Shown: piece by piece, positions 8,425 through 17,259 of the stretch
Layout: every line of letters starts with the position of its first letter
How positions within the stretch are numbered: the first letter of the stretch is position 1
Origin: Hungatella sp. UBA5385
Lineage (GTDB): Bacteria > Bacillota > Clostridia > Lachnospirales > Lachnospiraceae
Reading direction: 5' to 3'
Assembly (NCBI GenBank): GCA_002409995.1
Contig: DHOR01000028.1
Span: forward strand, 49,692 to 113,691
Length of the DNA: 64,000 nt
Notes under the pieces: model-generated
What the model saw: the letters and a program-made list of their open reading frames with translations, nothing else
Databases searched by the model: none
What the model was told of the DNA's origin: nothing
Program-made: the position numbers and the translations under genes

Positions 8425-9597
8425 ATGTGTGATAAAACATTTGAGGAACAGCTGAAAGAATGGAGAAAATATCTTCATACGAATGCAGAAAGTGCTTTCG
8501 AAGAAAAAGTGACGGCTGCATTTGTTGCTGAAAAATTAAGAGAGATGGGGCTGGAAGTACATGAAAACGTGGGTATCACTGGAGTGGTGGGATCATTAAC
8601 AGTGGGAGATGGTAAGGAAGTAATTGGATTACGTGCCGATATGGACGCGATTCAGATGGAAGAGCAGAACGATTTTTCCTATAAGTCTAAAAATCCCCAG
8701 AGAATGCATGCCTGCGGTCACGATGGACATACCACAACTTTACTTGGAGCAGCTAAGCTGCTGTCGGAGAGAAGAGATTTCAATGGTACTGTTCGATTTA
8801 TATTTCAGCCTGCTGAAGAACCTGGGAAAGGTGCTAATGCAATGTTAGAGGATGGGCTGCTGCAGCGTTTTCCTATGAATGAAATTTACGGTTTACATAA
8901 CATGGTACAAGTGGAAAAAGGTACGATTCATACCAGAGCAGGCGGCATAATGGCCAGTGAAGATAATTTTGTTATTACAATTAAAGCAAAAGGTTCTCAT
9001 GCTTCTACTCCTCATTTAGGAATCGATCCCCTTGTTATTGCATCAGAGATCATTCTGGGGTTACAAACCATTGTTTCACGTAATATGAACCCACTATTGC
9101 CGGCAGTTATTTCCTGTACTGAGATGTTTACAGATGGTGTTCGTAATGCGATTCCAACAACTGTCGTTATCAAAGGTGACACAAGAAGCTGTGATCCTGT
9201 AATTCAAAAGTTGATTGAGGATAGAATGAGAAGTATCTCTGAAGGAATCTGTCATATGCATGGAGCTGATTGTATTTTTGAATATACACATGAATTTGCT
9301 CCCACATACAATTGGGAGAAATGTGTAAATACTGCAGTTGAAGCAGCTAAAAAGGTAGTAGGGGAAGAAAATGTAGTTAGTAATTGTGAACCTCTTATGG
9401 GCTCAGAGGATTTTGGCGCTTTCCTTAATGAGATTCCAGGATGTTTTGTATTCCTTGGAGGAGCTAAGAGTGAAGATCCAAAGAAAGAGATTCCCCTTCA
9501 TAATTCTCTTTACGATTATAACGAGGACATTTTGGTAACTGGTGCAGAGTACTTTGCGGAGCTGATTCGTACTCGTCTGCCTGTAGATAATGAGTAA
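8425..9597 (+). CDS. M20D-family amidohydrolase (N-acyl-amino acid / hippurate hydrolase-like)
   Basis: RBS GGAGGG lies 7 nt before ATG 8425. The motifs RADMDA, MHACGHDGH and FQPAEE are typical of peptidase M20D. Confidence 0.8.
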   Translation: MCDKTFEEQLKEWRKYLHTNAESAFEEKVTAAFVAEKLREMGLEVHENVGITGVVGSLTVGDGKEVIGLRADMDAIQMEEQNDFSYKSKNPQRMHACGHDGHTTTLLGAAKLLSERRDFNGTVRFIFQPAEEPGKGANAMLEDGLLQRFPMNEIYGLHNMVQVEKGTIHTRAGGIMASEDNFVITIKAKGSHASTPHLGIDPLVIASEIILGLQTIVSRNMNPLLPAVISCTEMFTDGVRNAIPTTVVIKGDTRSCDPVIQKLIEDRMRSISEGICHMHGADCIFEYTHEFAPTYNWEKCVNTAVEAAKKVVGEENVVSNCEPLMGSEDFGAFLNEIPGCFVFLGGAKSEDPKKEIPLHNSLYDYNEDILVTGAEYFAELIRTRLPVDNE

Positions 9598-9608
9598 GGG
9601 AGGGTACA

Positions 9609-10805
9609 ATGGATAAGAATATTAATTCGGTTCACTTTGACAGGAAGAGGGAAAAGACCCCTGTGACGGTAAAACAGTTTGGATTAGCAAATGCGAAAAA
9701 AGTATATAATTTTCATCGGAGTTTTCCGGAATACAAGGAAACGCCATTGGTAAATCTTGCTAGTCTTGCTGAGAGGCTTGGGGTAGCCAGTATACATGTA
9801 AAAGACGAAAGTTATCGATTCGGATTAAATGCGTTTAAGGTGCTGGGAGGAAGTTATTGCTTAGGAACTTATATTGCAGATTGCCTCAATACAGATATTA
9901 GTGAACTTTCTTATGAAAAGATCATCAGCAGGTCAGTGAAAGAAAAACTGGGAGAGATCACCTTTGTTACAGCCACCGACGGAAATCATGGAAGAGGTAT
10001 TGCGTGGACAGCTAACCGTTTAGGCCAAAAAAGTGTTGTATATATGCCAAAAGGAAGCTCTGTGGAGAGGCTGAATAACATCAAAGCACTTGGATCAGAT
10101 GCTTCAATAACCCAGGTCAATTATGATGATACGGTCCGTTTTGCCAGCCAGAGTGCTGAAAAAAATGGCTGGGTTCTTGTACAGGATACAGCCTGGGAAG
10201 GTTATGAAGATATACCTACTAGAATAATGGAGGGATACACCACCATGGCATATGAAATAGTAGATCAGCTGGGAGAGGAAAAACCTACCCATATCTTTTT
10301 ACAGGCTGGAGTCGGTGCCATGGCAGGAGCAATTACTGGATTTTTCGCAGATTTATATGGAGCAGAGAACTGCCCCATCATAACCATTGTAGAACCCCAA
10401 AAGGCGGATTGTATATATAAAACTGCGTATGCAAATGATGGTCAGCTTCATAAGGTTGAAGGAGATATGGATACTATAATGGCAGGTCTTGCATGTGGAG
10501 AACCCTGTTCCATAGGCTGGGATATTTTGAAAAACTATGCAGATCACTTTATATCAATGCCTGATTGTGTGGCAGCAAAAGGTATGCGGATACTTGGTAA
10601 TCCATTAGGAGATGATCAGAGGATTGTTTCAGGAGAAAGCGGAGCTGCTACGTTGGGATTTGTGGCAGAAGCTTTGATGAACAAGGAGCTGTCAGACTTA
10701 AAGGAAACCATTGGTCTTTGCGAGGATTCCAGGATTCTGTGTATATCAACTGAAGGAGATACGGATAGGGATAATTATCGTAAAATCGTGTGGGATGGTT
10801 TATAA
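9609..10805 (+). CDS. Diaminopropionate ammonia-lyase-like PLP enzyme (fold type II)
   Basis: RBS is GGGAGGG. The motifs VKDESYRFGLNAFKVLGGSY (PLP-Lys) and TATDGNHGRG match the DAP ammonia-lyase (YgeX/DpaL) family pattern. Confidence 0.7.
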   Translation: MDKNINSVHFDRKREKTPVTVKQFGLANAKKVYNFHRSFPEYKETPLVNLASLAERLGVASIHVKDESYRFGLNAFKVLGGSYCLGTYIADCLNTDISELSYEKIISRSVKEKLGEITFVTATDGNHGRGIAWTANRLGQKSVVYMPKGSSVERLNNIKALGSDASITQVNYDDTVRFASQSAEKNGWVLVQDTAWEGYEDIPTRIMEGYTTMAYEIVDQLGEEKPTHIFLQAGVGAMAGAITGFFADLYGAENCPIITIVEPQKADCIYKTAYANDGQLHKVEGDMDTIMAGLACGEPCSIGWDILKNYADHFISMPDCVAAKGMRILGNPLGDDQRIVSGESGAATLGFVAEALMNKELSDLKETIGLCEDSRILCISTEGDTDRDNYRKIVWDGL

Positions 10806-10866
10806 TTAACTTTATAGTGGGTGGTTCTTTAGGAACCACCCATCAAGACAAAGTCGTTTATATTAT

Positions 10867-10918
10867 GAAGCACTGTATTTTAGTGAAATAAATATACAGT
10901 GCTTCATTTTTGCTTTTT
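10867..10918 (+). terminator. Rho-independent terminator ending the amidohydrolase/lyase operon
   Basis: GAAGCACTGTAT / ATACAGTGCTTC form a 12-bp perfect stem followed by ATTTTTGCTTTTT. A second GC-rich hairpin (GGGTGGTTCC/GGAACCACCC) lies at 10819..10844. Confidence 0.8.
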
Positions 10919-11033
10919 ACTCTGGTATAATTAAGTATATCGGAACTTTCCGACATCTCAAAATATGGAATTAAAAGCAATATAGTTTAAGTTGACCACA
11001 TTGGTCGTAGCGGTAGCTAAGAAGGGAATTGTA

Positions 11034-11447
11034 ATGGAAATAAATAATAATAAGAATCATCTATCTCATATTAGAGTCTATTTCATCATGCTTCTTTTTG
11101 CTATGTGCTTAACCATGAATGTGTTCTTTTATATTACTTATAATCCTTATGAATTATTAGATAAGACAACTGTAATTGAGACGTGGGCAATTTCAGAAAG
11201 TATCGTTGTCAATGAAGACAGTGATAATACTACCTATATTAAGGCTTCGTTTTTGAACCAAAATAATTCTTATAATGAAACTATCACGAAGAATATAAGT
11301 TCAATACTCATGACTGCAGCTATCCCCAATGGAATTAGTCTGCTTCTTTTTCTTGTTATAGTTTTTCTTTTTTTCTTTTTAACCTTATTTATATTATTGC
11401 CTGATGGATGGACATTAATTAATCAAAAGGTACGTCTGAACAATTGA
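11034..11447 (+). CDS. Hypothetical membrane protein (two predicted TM segments, Asn-rich loop)
   Basis: AAGAAGGGA lies before ATG 11034, internal to ORF 10992..11447. Hydrophobic segments are YFIMLLFAMCLTMNVFFYI and ISLLLFLVIVFLFFFLTLFILL. I recognise no family. Confidence 0.4.
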   Translation: MEINNNKNHLSHIRVYFIMLLFAMCLTMNVFFYITYNPYELLDKTTVIETWAISESIVVNEDSDNTTYIKASFLNQNNSYNETITKNISSILMTAAIPNGISLLLFLVIVFLFFFLTLFILLPDGWTLINQKVRLNN

Positions 11448-11645
11448 ATCTATTCCTTTTCAAATCATGAACACAGCATAAATATATACCATCATAAGAA
11501 TCATTTATTGTAAGTGTGCTGGTGGTTTTTAAGTCATTTTCAGAACCAAATAATGGCTTCTTTTTTGTATACAAATAAGCAGAGAGTAAAACCGTATACT
11601 ATTACAACAGTGAAGCAAAGCAGAGATTGAATTGGAGGAATATAG

Positions 11646-11855
11646 ATGAAAGAAAAGATATATAAATTATTTATAACCCTAATGGTGTGCCTGTCCTTGG
11701 GGTCAGGTCCCGTAGCCCAAAATGAAATAGTCAAGATGCTTGAAGCTCTTTCGGGAACAGGTGAGGCGCAGCTTCAAGAACTTGATGAAGAAAAAGAGTC
11801 TGAAGAAATAAAAAAGATAAATGAATTGCTAGATTATTTACAAGATATTCTATAA
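11646..11855 (+). CDS. Small secreted acidic protein, hypothetical (69 aa)
   Basis: RBS is GGAGGAATATAG-ATG. The N-terminus is signal-like (MKEKIYKLFITLMVCLSLGSGPVAQ) and is followed by a Glu/Asp/Leu-rich helical tail. A terminator follows. Confidence 0.45.
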   Translation: MKEKIYKLFITLMVCLSLGSGPVAQNEIVKMLEALSGTGEAQLQELDEEKESEEIKKINELLDYLQDIL

Positions 11856-11915
11856 TAGGGTACGGTACCTCTTAATTTATATCTTGTATAAATATCAATT
11901 TAACTACTGAATAAT

Positions 11916-11959
11916 AAGCCACCAGATATCCCCCAAATTTTCTGGTGGCTTGTTTTTTT
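11916..11959. terminator. Shared terminator between convergent genes (small ORF and RLP gene)
   Basis: AAGCCACCAGA / TCTGGTGGCTT form a stem followed by GTTTTTTT on the plus strand. The site lies 9 nt beyond the RLP stop. Confidence 0.75.
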
Positions 11960-11967
11960 ATTCATCA

Positions 11968-13239
11968 CTAATGCGCAAATACCTCCAGAGCAGCCCTCAA
12001 TTCAGGCTGCTCTTTTGCCGCCTCTTCTGAAGGAATGCCCTCTATGGCAGCCGTCACAGCTTGATACATAGCTTTCACTCCTGCAGCAGCACCCATGGGG
12101 TGTCCCTGAACAGCTCCGCCTGCAGCCAGAATAATATCAGTTCCTAAATCATCCATAAATTGTTTTACCATCCCTGGATGAACGCCTCCGCCGCAGATTG
12201 GCATAGTGGGGCGTAAATGATAGCAGGGAAGAGTTAAGTTCAGTGCAGTTTTAATATATTGCTGATTAGTCAATGGATAACCGCCATAGGGGGTATTCAT
12301 CATAACAAGGTCTGCACCTGCCATGCGGGGGAATTTTCCGACGGACAGATGGGAACCCATCCCGCTATGTGTCCCTTCATTATACATTCCAGAGGCTGCG
12401 CAATGCCCCATAACCGGAATGGTGATCTGCTCAGAAATGGCCTGAAAAGTGCTGTAACCTACAGTAGAAAAACACATCATAACAGCTTTGGCGCCTGCTT
12501 CTTCCACTTCCTTAAGAGTATCCAGTATTCTGTCAGAGGAATCTGTAATATTGCAGATGTAGATGGTTTCTTTGCCTGTTTTCTCGTAAGCAGCTTTAGC
12601 TGCCTGATTATAGGCTTTTACACGGTCTGCAGCTTTGCAGTAATCAGGATTACCCAGAAGCTCATCATCTTTAATAAAATCCACTCCTCCCAAAGCTGTT
12701 TCATAAAAGATTCTGGCTCCTGCCTCAGGAGTGAGACCTGTGCATGGTTTGATCATATTGAGGAGGAGGGGGCGGTCTTTGACTCCTGTCAGCTCTCTTA
12801 ATCCCTGAATACCGAACTTGGGTCCTTTAAAATGGTTGACATAAGATTCTGGTAACTGCAAATCCACCAGCTTTACCTGAGCGCTGGTAGAGGCGTCATT
12901 GCCAAGAAGTGTGGTAAACATCATAGGAAACTGAGGGCCGAAGTTTATGGTGGGATATGCAATCTGGATAAAATAGGTGCGCAGTCCGTCAGGAATCTGA
13001 GTGGATAACTCATAGGGAGGCGCATCCAGAATGTTGATAACCCGTCCCATGTGTTTATCCCGCATTTCATCAGTGATTCCGGGAACAGGAACCCAGGTTC
13101 CGATGGTCTGCCCCACTGCCATTGATTGCGCTTTTTTTACAACGTCAATGCTCTTATCCAGCTGGATATAATAGGTGGCAAGAGCATAATCCTGATTTTT
13201 GATATTTTCCATAAGGGAAAACAACTTGGAGTTTGTCAT
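11968..13239 (-). CDS. RuBisCO large-subunit-like protein, form IV (RLP)
   Basis: The RuBisCO large-chain catalytic-domain pattern is present: LLGND, IKPCTGL (KPK motif altered), GGVDFIKDDE, PVMGHCAASG, ICGGGVHPG and AAGGAVQGHP. The ATG lies 2 nt after the upstream TIM-family stop. Confidence 0.85.
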   Translation of the reverse strand: MTNSKLFSLMENIKNQDYALATYYIQLDKSIDVVKKAQSMAVGQTIGTWVPVPGITDEMRDKHMGRVINILDAPPYELSTQIPDGLRTYFIQIAYPTINFGPQFPMMFTTLLGNDASTSAQVKLVDLQLPESYVNHFKGPKFGIQGLRELTGVKDRPLLLNMIKPCTGLTPEAGARIFYETALGGVDFIKDDELLGNPDYCKAADRVKAYNQAAKAAYEKTGKETIYICNITDSSDRILDTLKEVEEAGAKAVMMCFSTVGYSTFQAISEQITIPVMGHCAASGMYNEGTHSGMGSHLSVGKFPRMAGADLVMMNTPYGGYPLTNQQYIKTALNLTLPCYHLRPTMPICGGGVHPGMVKQFMDDLGTDIILAAGGAVQGHPMGAAAGVKAMYQAVTAAIEGIPSEEAAKEQPELRAALEVFAH

Positions 13240-13241
13240 AG

Positions 13242-14048
13242 TCAGTTTTTTCTTCCTTTCTTCTGATGATGTAAGGGGAGAACTGAGCGTATGATTGCGT
13301 TCAGCTTATCAGCCTCCCAAGCGCTTCTGCCAATAAACAGTCCGTCAATATCAGACATCTGAATCAGCTTTTTGGCGTTTTCCGGATTAACGCTTCCTCC
13401 ATAGAGAACAGGAATATCAGTACCTGTTTCTTCGCCAAACAGCTCAATTAAAGTATCCTTAATCACTCTGTGCTTTTCGTTGGCATAATTCTCATCTGCC
13501 GGAATTCCCCTTGCTCCAATGGCCCATACAGGTTCATAGGCAATCCAGATGTTCTGTGCCTGGTTTTTTTTAATAGAATGAAGTCCGATTTTTAATTGGA
13601 TACGAAGGATTTCATCACTAATTCCATAAAGCTTTTCCTCCATTGTTTCGCCAATACAGAGAAGAGCGGTAAAACCGCTGTTTAAAGCTTTTGCTATTTT
13701 TAGCTCTTCCTCCTGATCGGTTTCGCCCATAATATGGCGGCGTTCTGAATGACCTGCCATGATCAGATCAATTCCGATTTCGTTTAGCATAACCGGGGAA
13801 ATCTCTCCGGTATACTGTCCCTCATCCTCCCAGCTCATATTCTGGGCTCCAATGAGAATTCTGCTGTCTTCAACAGTGTCTTTTGCAGCGGGCAGGGCAG
13901 TGTAGGAAGGGATGACAAAAAGCTCCATCTGGTCAGATGGAATATCTTCGGTCAAATAATTAAGGCTTTTAAGAAAACTGCATGTATCTGCAATGGTTTT
14001 ATACATCTTTGTATTGGTGCCAATATAAAGCTTATCTAATCGTTTCAT
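13242..14048 (-). CDS. Triose-phosphate isomerase family protein (TIM paralogue)
   Basis: The motifs GTNTKMY, AGHSERR, IAYEPVWAIG and YGGSV are present. RBS is GGAGG. Confidence 0.8.
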   Translation of the reverse strand: MKRLDKLYIGTNTKMYKTIADTCSFLKSLNYLTEDIPSDQMELFVIPSYTALPAAKDTVEDSRILIGAQNMSWEDEGQYTGEISPVMLNEIGIDLIMAGHSERRHIMGETDQEEELKIAKALNSGFTALLCIGETMEEKLYGISDEILRIQLKIGLHSIKKNQAQNIWIAYEPVWAIGARGIPADENYANEKHRVIKDTLIELFGEETGTDIPVLYGGSVNPENAKKLIQMSDIDGLFIGRSAWEADKLNAIIRSVLPLHHQKKGRKN

Positions 14049-14079
14049 CAGAAAACCTCCGTTTTCCAGTATAGTTTAG

Positions 14080-14547
14080 TCAGGATTCTTTCATAGTTTC
14101 AGATTCCACTTCCTTAATTGCGGAGACCTTTGGTGTAGAAGACCCGTCTTTAAATTCCAGATCCAGCCATTCTGCCAGAATCTTCTTGGCAAGCTCAATT
14201 CCGATAACCCTTTCTCCAAAGCAGATTACATTGCCATTATTGCTCAGCTTAAGACGTTCTCCTGAAAAGCTGTCGTGACAGACTCCTGCCCGTATGCCAG
14301 GAAACTTATTGGCTGTCATTGCCATGCCAAGCCCTGTTCCGCAGATGAGAACTCCTTCTTTTGTATAATTGCTGTCAATAATTCGCTGACAGGCTTTTTT
14401 TGCTATGTAAGGATAATAAACAGGGTCCTCCGGACTATTGCAGCCCATATCCTCAACTGTATAACCTTTTTCCACCATGAATTGCTTCAATGCATTCTTC
14501 ATAGGCACTGCAGCATTGTCACATCCGATTACAATTGTTTTGCTCAT
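14080..14547 (-). CDS. RpiB/LacA/LacB-family sugar-phosphate isomerase
   Basis: The start was chosen at MSKTIVIGCDNAA, downstream of AAGGAGG. The motifs ICGTGLGMAMTANK and NGNVICFGERV are typical of the family. Confidence 0.8.
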   Translation of the reverse strand: MSKTIVIGCDNAAVPMKNALKQFMVEKGYTVEDMGCNSPEDPVYYPYIAKKACQRIIDSNYTKEGVLICGTGLGMAMTANKFPGIRAGVCHDSFSGERLKLSNNGNVICFGERVIGIELAKKILAEWLDLEFKDGSSTPKVSAIKEVESETMKES

Positions 14548-14802
14548 AGATTGATTCAACCTCCTTTGATAAAACATGATTGTTGTTGATTTATCTTCAT
14601 ATTAGCATATGAAAACCCTACAATCAAGGATAAAAATAGGAAAACAAAGAAAAAATGCCTGAATTATATGGAGATCAAAAAAGAACAGAATAATAAATTG
14701 GGTAAAATGCCGGAAATAATCAATAAAAAAGGCAATACAAGCATAAAAATAGGGCAAAGTAAATAAAAACAAATAAAATCAGACAAAAAATAAGAAAAAC
14801 TA

Positions 14803-14831
14803 TTGTGAAAGAGAAAAGAATATGATACAAT
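14803..14831 (+). promoter_or_regulatory. Candidate promoter of the PTS operon (TTGTGA-17-TACAAT with TG extension)
   Basis: TTGTGA lies at 14803..14808 and TACAAT at 14826..14831, with aTGa immediately upstream. The site sits in a 320-bp AT-rich divergent intergenic region. Confidence 0.45.
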
Positions 14832-14912
14832 GTGAACATAATTTTTAGAGAAATTTAATAGTTTTTTAATGAAAGCTACAAAACAACAAAACTGGATAAG
14901 GAGGTGAAGACG

Positions 14913-15362
14913 TTGCTGAGAAAGGAATTGATTAAGCTCGATGCTGATGTTGAGAACTCTGAGGAAGCTCTTCGGATGATGGCAGAGATGTTTGTGCAGG
15001 AGGGAGCAGCAAAACCCAGCTACCCTGATGCTATTATAGCAAGAGAAGCTCAGTACCCTACGGCGCTGCCGGCGGAAGCTTTTGATATTGCAATACCTCA
15101 CACATTTGCAGAGCATGTGAATGAGCCGGCTATGGGAATTTGTGTGTTGAAGAATCCTGTGGAATTTAAACAGATGGGATCTCCGGAGATTACACTCCAC
15201 CCTCAGTTACTGTTTATGCTTGCAATTACAGATCCCAAGGATCAGATTACCTTGCTGCGGAAAATCATGAAGCTGATTCAGAATGCAGATGCATTGAAGC
15301 AGATTAAGGAAGCAGACAGTGTTGATGAAATTTATTCTATTGTAAATCCGCTTCTGTTTTAA
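14913..15362 (+). CDS. PTS EIIA component, EIIA-2 (mannitol/fructose/ascorbate-type) family
   Basis: AAGGAGG (14898..14904) lies 8 nt before TTG 14913. The track ORF begins at GTG 14904, inside the RBS. The active-site context is FDIAIPHT. Confidence 0.8.
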   Translation: MLRKELIKLDADVENSEEALRMMAEMFVQEGAAKPSYPDAIIAREAQYPTALPAEAFDIAIPHTFAEHVNEPAMGICVLKNPVEFKQMGSPEITLHPQLLFMLAITDPKDQITLLRKIMKLIQNADALKQIKEADSVDEIYSIVNPLLF

Positions 15363-15422
15363 CCAGGATTTACAATAGGAAAATATAAAATATGTTTCAT
15401 AGAGAAAGGATGGTTTTTTATT

Positions 15423-15737
15423 ATGGGAAAGAGAAAGGCAATTAAACTGTTGACAGTGTGCGGCTCCGGTATTGTTACCTCCTCCATGTTAGCCAATAAG
15501 CTGACTGACATGTTTGAGGAAGAGGGGTACGAGGTTACTGCCATGGAGGCGAATCCAAGTGAATTGGCTACTTATATAGCAAGAGAGAAGTATGATCTGG
15601 TAGCATATGCAAGTCCTATTAATGAAGAGGATTTGGCTGGAACTCCTGCACTTCCTGCAATCGGGCTTATTACGGGGCTGGGAGATGAGGAATTCTTAGA
15701 GCAGGCGCTTGAGATTTTTAAGGCAGCAGGCAAATAA
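15423..15737 (+). CDS. PTS EIIB component (galactitol/lactose-type, Cys phosphorylation site)
   Basis: The N-terminal motif KLLTVCGSGIVTSSM is present in a protein of about 100 aa. Confidence 0.8.
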   Translation: MGKRKAIKLLTVCGSGIVTSSMLANKLTDMFEEEGYEVTAMEANPSELATYIAREKYDLVAYASPINEEDLAGTPALPAIGLITGLGDEEFLEQALEIFKAAGK

Positions 15738-15765
15738 TCCACAATGAGAAAAGGGGGATTTATTA

Positions 15766-17184
15766 ATGGAAATGTTTTTTGGAGCAGTAAAGGCGTTTTT
15801 TGATACGTTCAGTGCAGTTGTGTTTGTTCCGATGATTATGTTTGTCATTAACATTGCTTTTAAAGTAAAACCCAAAAAGGCTTTTATTTCTGCCCTGTCA
15901 GCAGGTGTTGGTCTTCAGGGATTTAACCTGGTAATTGGAGCATACAGCCCGATTATTGAACCGATTATTACACGAATGGTAGAAGCCAGTGGTGTAAACC
16001 TTCCTGTATATGATGCGGGCTGGCCCAACACTTCTGTAGTGGCTTATTCCACACAGGCTGGTATGGTCTTTGTTGTAATTGCAATTTTACTTCAGGTATT
16101 TTTGTTCCTTTCCAAATACACAACCGTTTTCCAGGCTGGTGACCTTTGGAATAACTACTCTTACTTCTGCTGGGGCTCTATGCTCTATGTGCTGACAGGC
16201 AACATGTTTCTTGCTATCTGCCTGATGACAATGCAGCTGTTAATTACACTGCTTATTACAGAGGTGATTGCAAAAAGGTGGTCCACATATTATGGCTACC
16301 CCGGCTGTACCATAGCCTCGTTACATACTGCCACGGTGGCAGTGCTTGCCATTCCGTTAAACTGGCTGTTAAACAAGATGGGGCTTTATAAAATTCAGAT
16401 GGATCCTGAAGGAATGCGTAAAAAGCTGGGATTCATTGGCGAGCCTATGACGCTGGGATTAATGCTTGGTATTATTATTGGTTTTGTAGGAAATATAACA
16501 AGAATCGGCGAACTGAAGGCATGGGGAGAGATCTTAAGCTGTGGTATTGCAACTTCAGCAGTTATGTCCGTATTCCCTAAGATTTCTGCTATTTTCTCCG
16601 GAGCATTTACAGCCATTACAGAAGCTTCCAAGAAGAAGACAAAGGGCTTTAAGGGCGAGTGGTATCTGGCAGTTAATGATGCTACCGGATACGGCGAGAC
16701 AGCAACACTTGTAACAGGTCTTCTGACAATGCCTATTATTCTGCTGCTGGCTTTCGTGCTTCCTGGCAATACTACTTTACCTATGGTTGATCTGGTTGCA
16801 ATTCCTTATGTTATTCAGCCTATGGTAGCTATGAGTAACGGTAATGTTATTAAATCATTAATTGGTTCCATCATTGTATGTGTTATATTCCTGTATATCT
16901 GTTCTGCATGTGGCAGCACATTTACAGAAGTTGTACAGGTTGCAGGAGGTACCCTGGGAACAGGCGGCGCTATGATGGTTACTTCTCTTATTATTATCGG
17001 CCAGCCTATTGGTTATCTGACGTTCCTGATATTTGCCAGTCAGAACCCTATTTTAATAGGACTTCTGGTTGTGGTATATGCAGTGAGTTATGTACTGGTT
17101 CGCAAGAATAAGGAAAAAATCTATGCAGTATTAGAGCAGCAGGCTTTAAATCCAAGTGGAGCAGCTGTTGCAGAACAAGCTTAA
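15766..17184 (+). CDS. PTS EIIC component, galactitol (GatC) family
   Basis: The 472-aa polytopic protein has a GatC-like N-terminus (FFDTFSAVVFVPMIMFVINIAFKVKPKKAF) and follows the EIIA and EIIB genes. Confidence 0.8.
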   Translation: MEMFFGAVKAFFDTFSAVVFVPMIMFVINIAFKVKPKKAFISALSAGVGLQGFNLVIGAYSPIIEPIITRMVEASGVNLPVYDAGWPNTSVVAYSTQAGMVFVVIAILLQVFLFLSKYTTVFQAGDLWNNYSYFCWGSMLYVLTGNMFLAICLMTMQLLITLLITEVIAKRWSTYYGYPGCTIASLHTATVAVLAIPLNWLLNKMGLYKIQMDPEGMRKKLGFIGEPMTLGLMLGIIIGFVGNITRIGELKAWGEILSCGIATSAVMSVFPKISAIFSGAFTAITEASKKKTKGFKGEWYLAVNDATGYGETATLVTGLLTMPIILLLAFVLPGNTTLPMVDLVAIPYVIQPMVAMSNGNVIKSLIGSIIVCVIFLYICSACGSTFTEVVQVAGGTLGTGGAMMVTSLIIIGQPIGYLTFLIFASQNPILIGLLVVVYAVSYVLVRKNKEKIYAVLEQQALNPSGAAVAEQA

Positions 17185-17196
17185 AAATAGCGAATG

Positions 17197-17240
17197 AAAA
17201 CGCTGCACTGTTTAAATGGCAGTGCGGCGTTTTTATTCTT
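17197..17240 (+). terminator. Strong hairpin plus T-tract between EIIC and ptsI (terminator/attenuator)
   Basis: AAAACGCTGCACTG / CAGTGCGGCGTTTT form a 14-bp stem with one G-U pair and a loop TTTAAATGG, followed by TATTCTT. Confidence 0.65.
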
Positions 17241-17259
17241 ACAGAGGGGAATGAAGGAA

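Noticed and set aside
12259-12801. 180-aa plus-strand ORF inside the RLP gene
   Set aside because: It is antisense to a gene with clear RuBisCO-family motifs. The product is His/Cys/Ser-rich with no start context, which is typical of a shadow ORF.
11968-13239. Bona fide CO2-fixing RuBisCO, or a methionine-salvage MtnW enolase
   Set aside because: There is no small-subunit, phosphoribulokinase or carboxysome genes, and several carboxylase residues are substituted, so this is not form I-III RuBisCO. There are no mtnK, mtnA, mtnX or mtnD genes nearby, and the co-operonic partners are TIM-like and RpiB-like isomerases. A simple MtnW assignment is therefore not supported.
14664-15200. 178-aa minus-strand ORF spanning the divergent promoter region and the 5' part of the EIIA gene
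   Set aside because: It lies in a very AT-rich intergenic region and runs antisense to a well-supported PTS EIIA gene. The product is low-complexity (Cys/Phe/Leu/Ser-rich) with no RBS and no recognisable motif. I treat it as a compositional artefact.
17193-17207. cre-like sequence ATGAAAACGCTGCAC (CcpA site) after the EIIC gene
   Set aside because: It matches the central TGNAANCG core, but the 3' half deviates from WTGNAANCGNWNNCW. The sequence also forms the 5' arm of the terminator hairpin, which explains it better.
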